Part shown: in pieces, positions 62,863-64,000 of the stretch
Layout: the number at the start of each line of letters is the position of its first letter
Numbering within the stretch: the first letter of the stretch is position 1
Source: an uncultured candidate division Zixibacteria bacterium
GTDB lineage: Bacteria > Zixibacteria > MSB-5A5 > GN15 > FEB-12
NCBI GenBank assembly: GCA_963806185.1
Contig: CAWDXE010000001.1
Location: forward strand, 256,001-320,000
Direction: 5' to 3'
DNA length: 64,000 nt
Program-made: the position numbers and the translations under genes
The notes under the pieces: generated by a model
Told to the model about the DNA's origin: nothing
Databases searched by the model: none
Seen by the model: only the letters and a program-made list of their open reading frames with translations

Positions 62863-64000
62863 TTAGAGATCGCCCTGCTTGAGACGATAACGGATCGTGC
62901 CTTCGCTGATGCCCAGTCGACGCGCAGCCTTGCTCTTATTCCCTCCGCACTCGGCCAGCACGGTCGCGAGCTGGACGTCGTCGGAGATGGCGAGTTCATC
63001 AACAAATGCGCCCGCCATACGAGACAGACTATAGCCTTGCATAACCCAGAGTCGCTTGATTGTGTTTTCAAGCTCGCGGACATTGCCCGGCCAGTCGTGG
63101 TGTCCGAGTGCCTGAACTAATGCGTCAAGCTCTGCGTCATGGTTTGAACAGCAGGCCGCTCCTTGCAAGAAGTGTCGTACCAGCAGTTCAACATCATCCA
63201 ACCGTTCGCGGAGTGGCGGCAACGTCAGCGTGGCCTGATTGAGCCGGTGATAGAGATCGGCCCTAAATTTTCCAGAGCGAGCGCATTCGCGCAGATCGGC
63301 GTTGGTCGCGACGATTAGGCGGAAGGCGACAGGCTGGTCCGTATCGTCGCCCACCCGGCGCACTCGCCGAGTCTCAAGAACTTCCAGAAGCTTGGCTTGC
63401 AGTTCTGGACTGGCCTCACCGATTTCATTGAGAAACAAGGTGCCGTTTTCGGCTTGCCTGATCAACCCTGGGCGGTCTCGTTCGGCTCCGGTGTAAGCCC
63501 CCTTCCGGTGACCGAACAGCTCTGATTCGATCATCGCGGCCGGCAACGTGGTCACATTCTGACTGACAAACGCGCCGGTACAGCCGGAATGCTCATAAAC
63601 ATAGCGAGCCAGCAGGTCCTTGCCGGTGCCGGTTTCCCCGGTAAGAAGCACTGTCATGTCAGTGGGTGCCAAGTTGCGAGCTAGTTCCAGAACAGACGAC
63701 ATGGTCTTGTTGGCGGTGATAATCTGCACCGGTGCAGAGCCGCTGGACGGCTTGACCGGCGGCATAGGCAAAGTCGGGCGATGCAGAGTCTGAAGCGCAA
63801 CCTTCACTTTGTCTATGTATGGTGTGACCTGTTCGGATTCAAAATACTCCTTCGCCAAGAAAAGCAGGGCAATGCTCTCGGCTGGCTCAAACACGCCGGA
63901 GCGAGCGGCCAGATAGCGCGTGACGGCCAGTTCGTAGCGAGACGAAATCTGATTGAACAGGTCGATGGCCCGCCGGAACCAATCGCGAGCCTTGTCCTGC
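62863..64000 (-). CDS. sigma54-dependent Fis-family activator with N-terminal TPR-like region (start outside the window)
   Basis: GETGTGKD, ESELFGHRKGAYTGA, FLNEIGE, FRADLYHRL, WPGNVREL, GNKSKAARRLGIS; frame open to the window edge. Confidence 0.9.
   Translation of the reverse strand, partial: QDKARDWFRRAIDLFNQISSRYELAVTRYLAARSGVFEPAESIALLFLAKEYFESEQVTPYIDKVKVALQTLHRPTLPMPPVKPSSGSAPVQIITANKTMSSVLELARNLAPTDMTVLLTGETGTGKDLLARYVYEHSGCTGAFVSQNVTTLPAAMIESELFGHRKGAYTGAERDRPGLIRQAENGTLFLNEIGEASPELQAKLLEVLETRRVRRVGDDTDQPVAFRLIVATNADLRECARSGKFRADLYHRLNQATLTLPPLRERLDDVELLVRHFLQGAACCSNHDAELDALVQALGHHDWPGNVRELENTIKRLWVMQGYSLSRMAGAFVDELAISDDVQLATVLAECGGNKSKAARRLGISEGTIRYRLKQGDL

Overview
Bacterial chromosomal segment, mostly on the minus strand. 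Three secreted proteins carry a T9SS-type 'QNYPNPFN' C-terminal domain and there is a TPR-sigma54 activator, which suggests an FCB-group lineage such as Zixibacteria (inference only). In order: TolC/TetR; a secreted protein with an in-frame TGA in its sorting domain; an spt plus ceramide-synthase-like pair; a Na/Ca exchanger with a PTS-EIIA-CBS partner; an 11-subunit complex I operon (nuoABCDHIJKLMN, no nuoEFG) with many probable sequencing indels, a Rex/CRP-like palindrome and a 26-codon duplication in the NuoL transverse helix; acyl-CoA dehydrogenase, hbd and crt; a sigma54-driven PEP-CTERM gene; a C25 peptidase; an archaeal-type gatE-gatD pair; a trypsin-like lipoprotein followed by a free-standing copy of its own N-terminal domain; rfaD; a large secreted gluzincin; an OPT transporter; and REP-like repeat clusters. 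The strongest candidate for an undescribed system is a putative RiPP locus at 56.2-64 kb. It holds a sigma54 activator, an RRE-radical SAM/SPASM enzyme, three divergent Cys-rich precursor peptides sharing an M-[KT]-W-x-V-[ET]-P leader and a C-x-x-Y-C motif (one missing from the ORF track), two degenerate CPBP/Abi-like membrane proteins, an ABC-2 exporter and a Yip1 protein. All calls come from reading motifs by eye; no database search was run.
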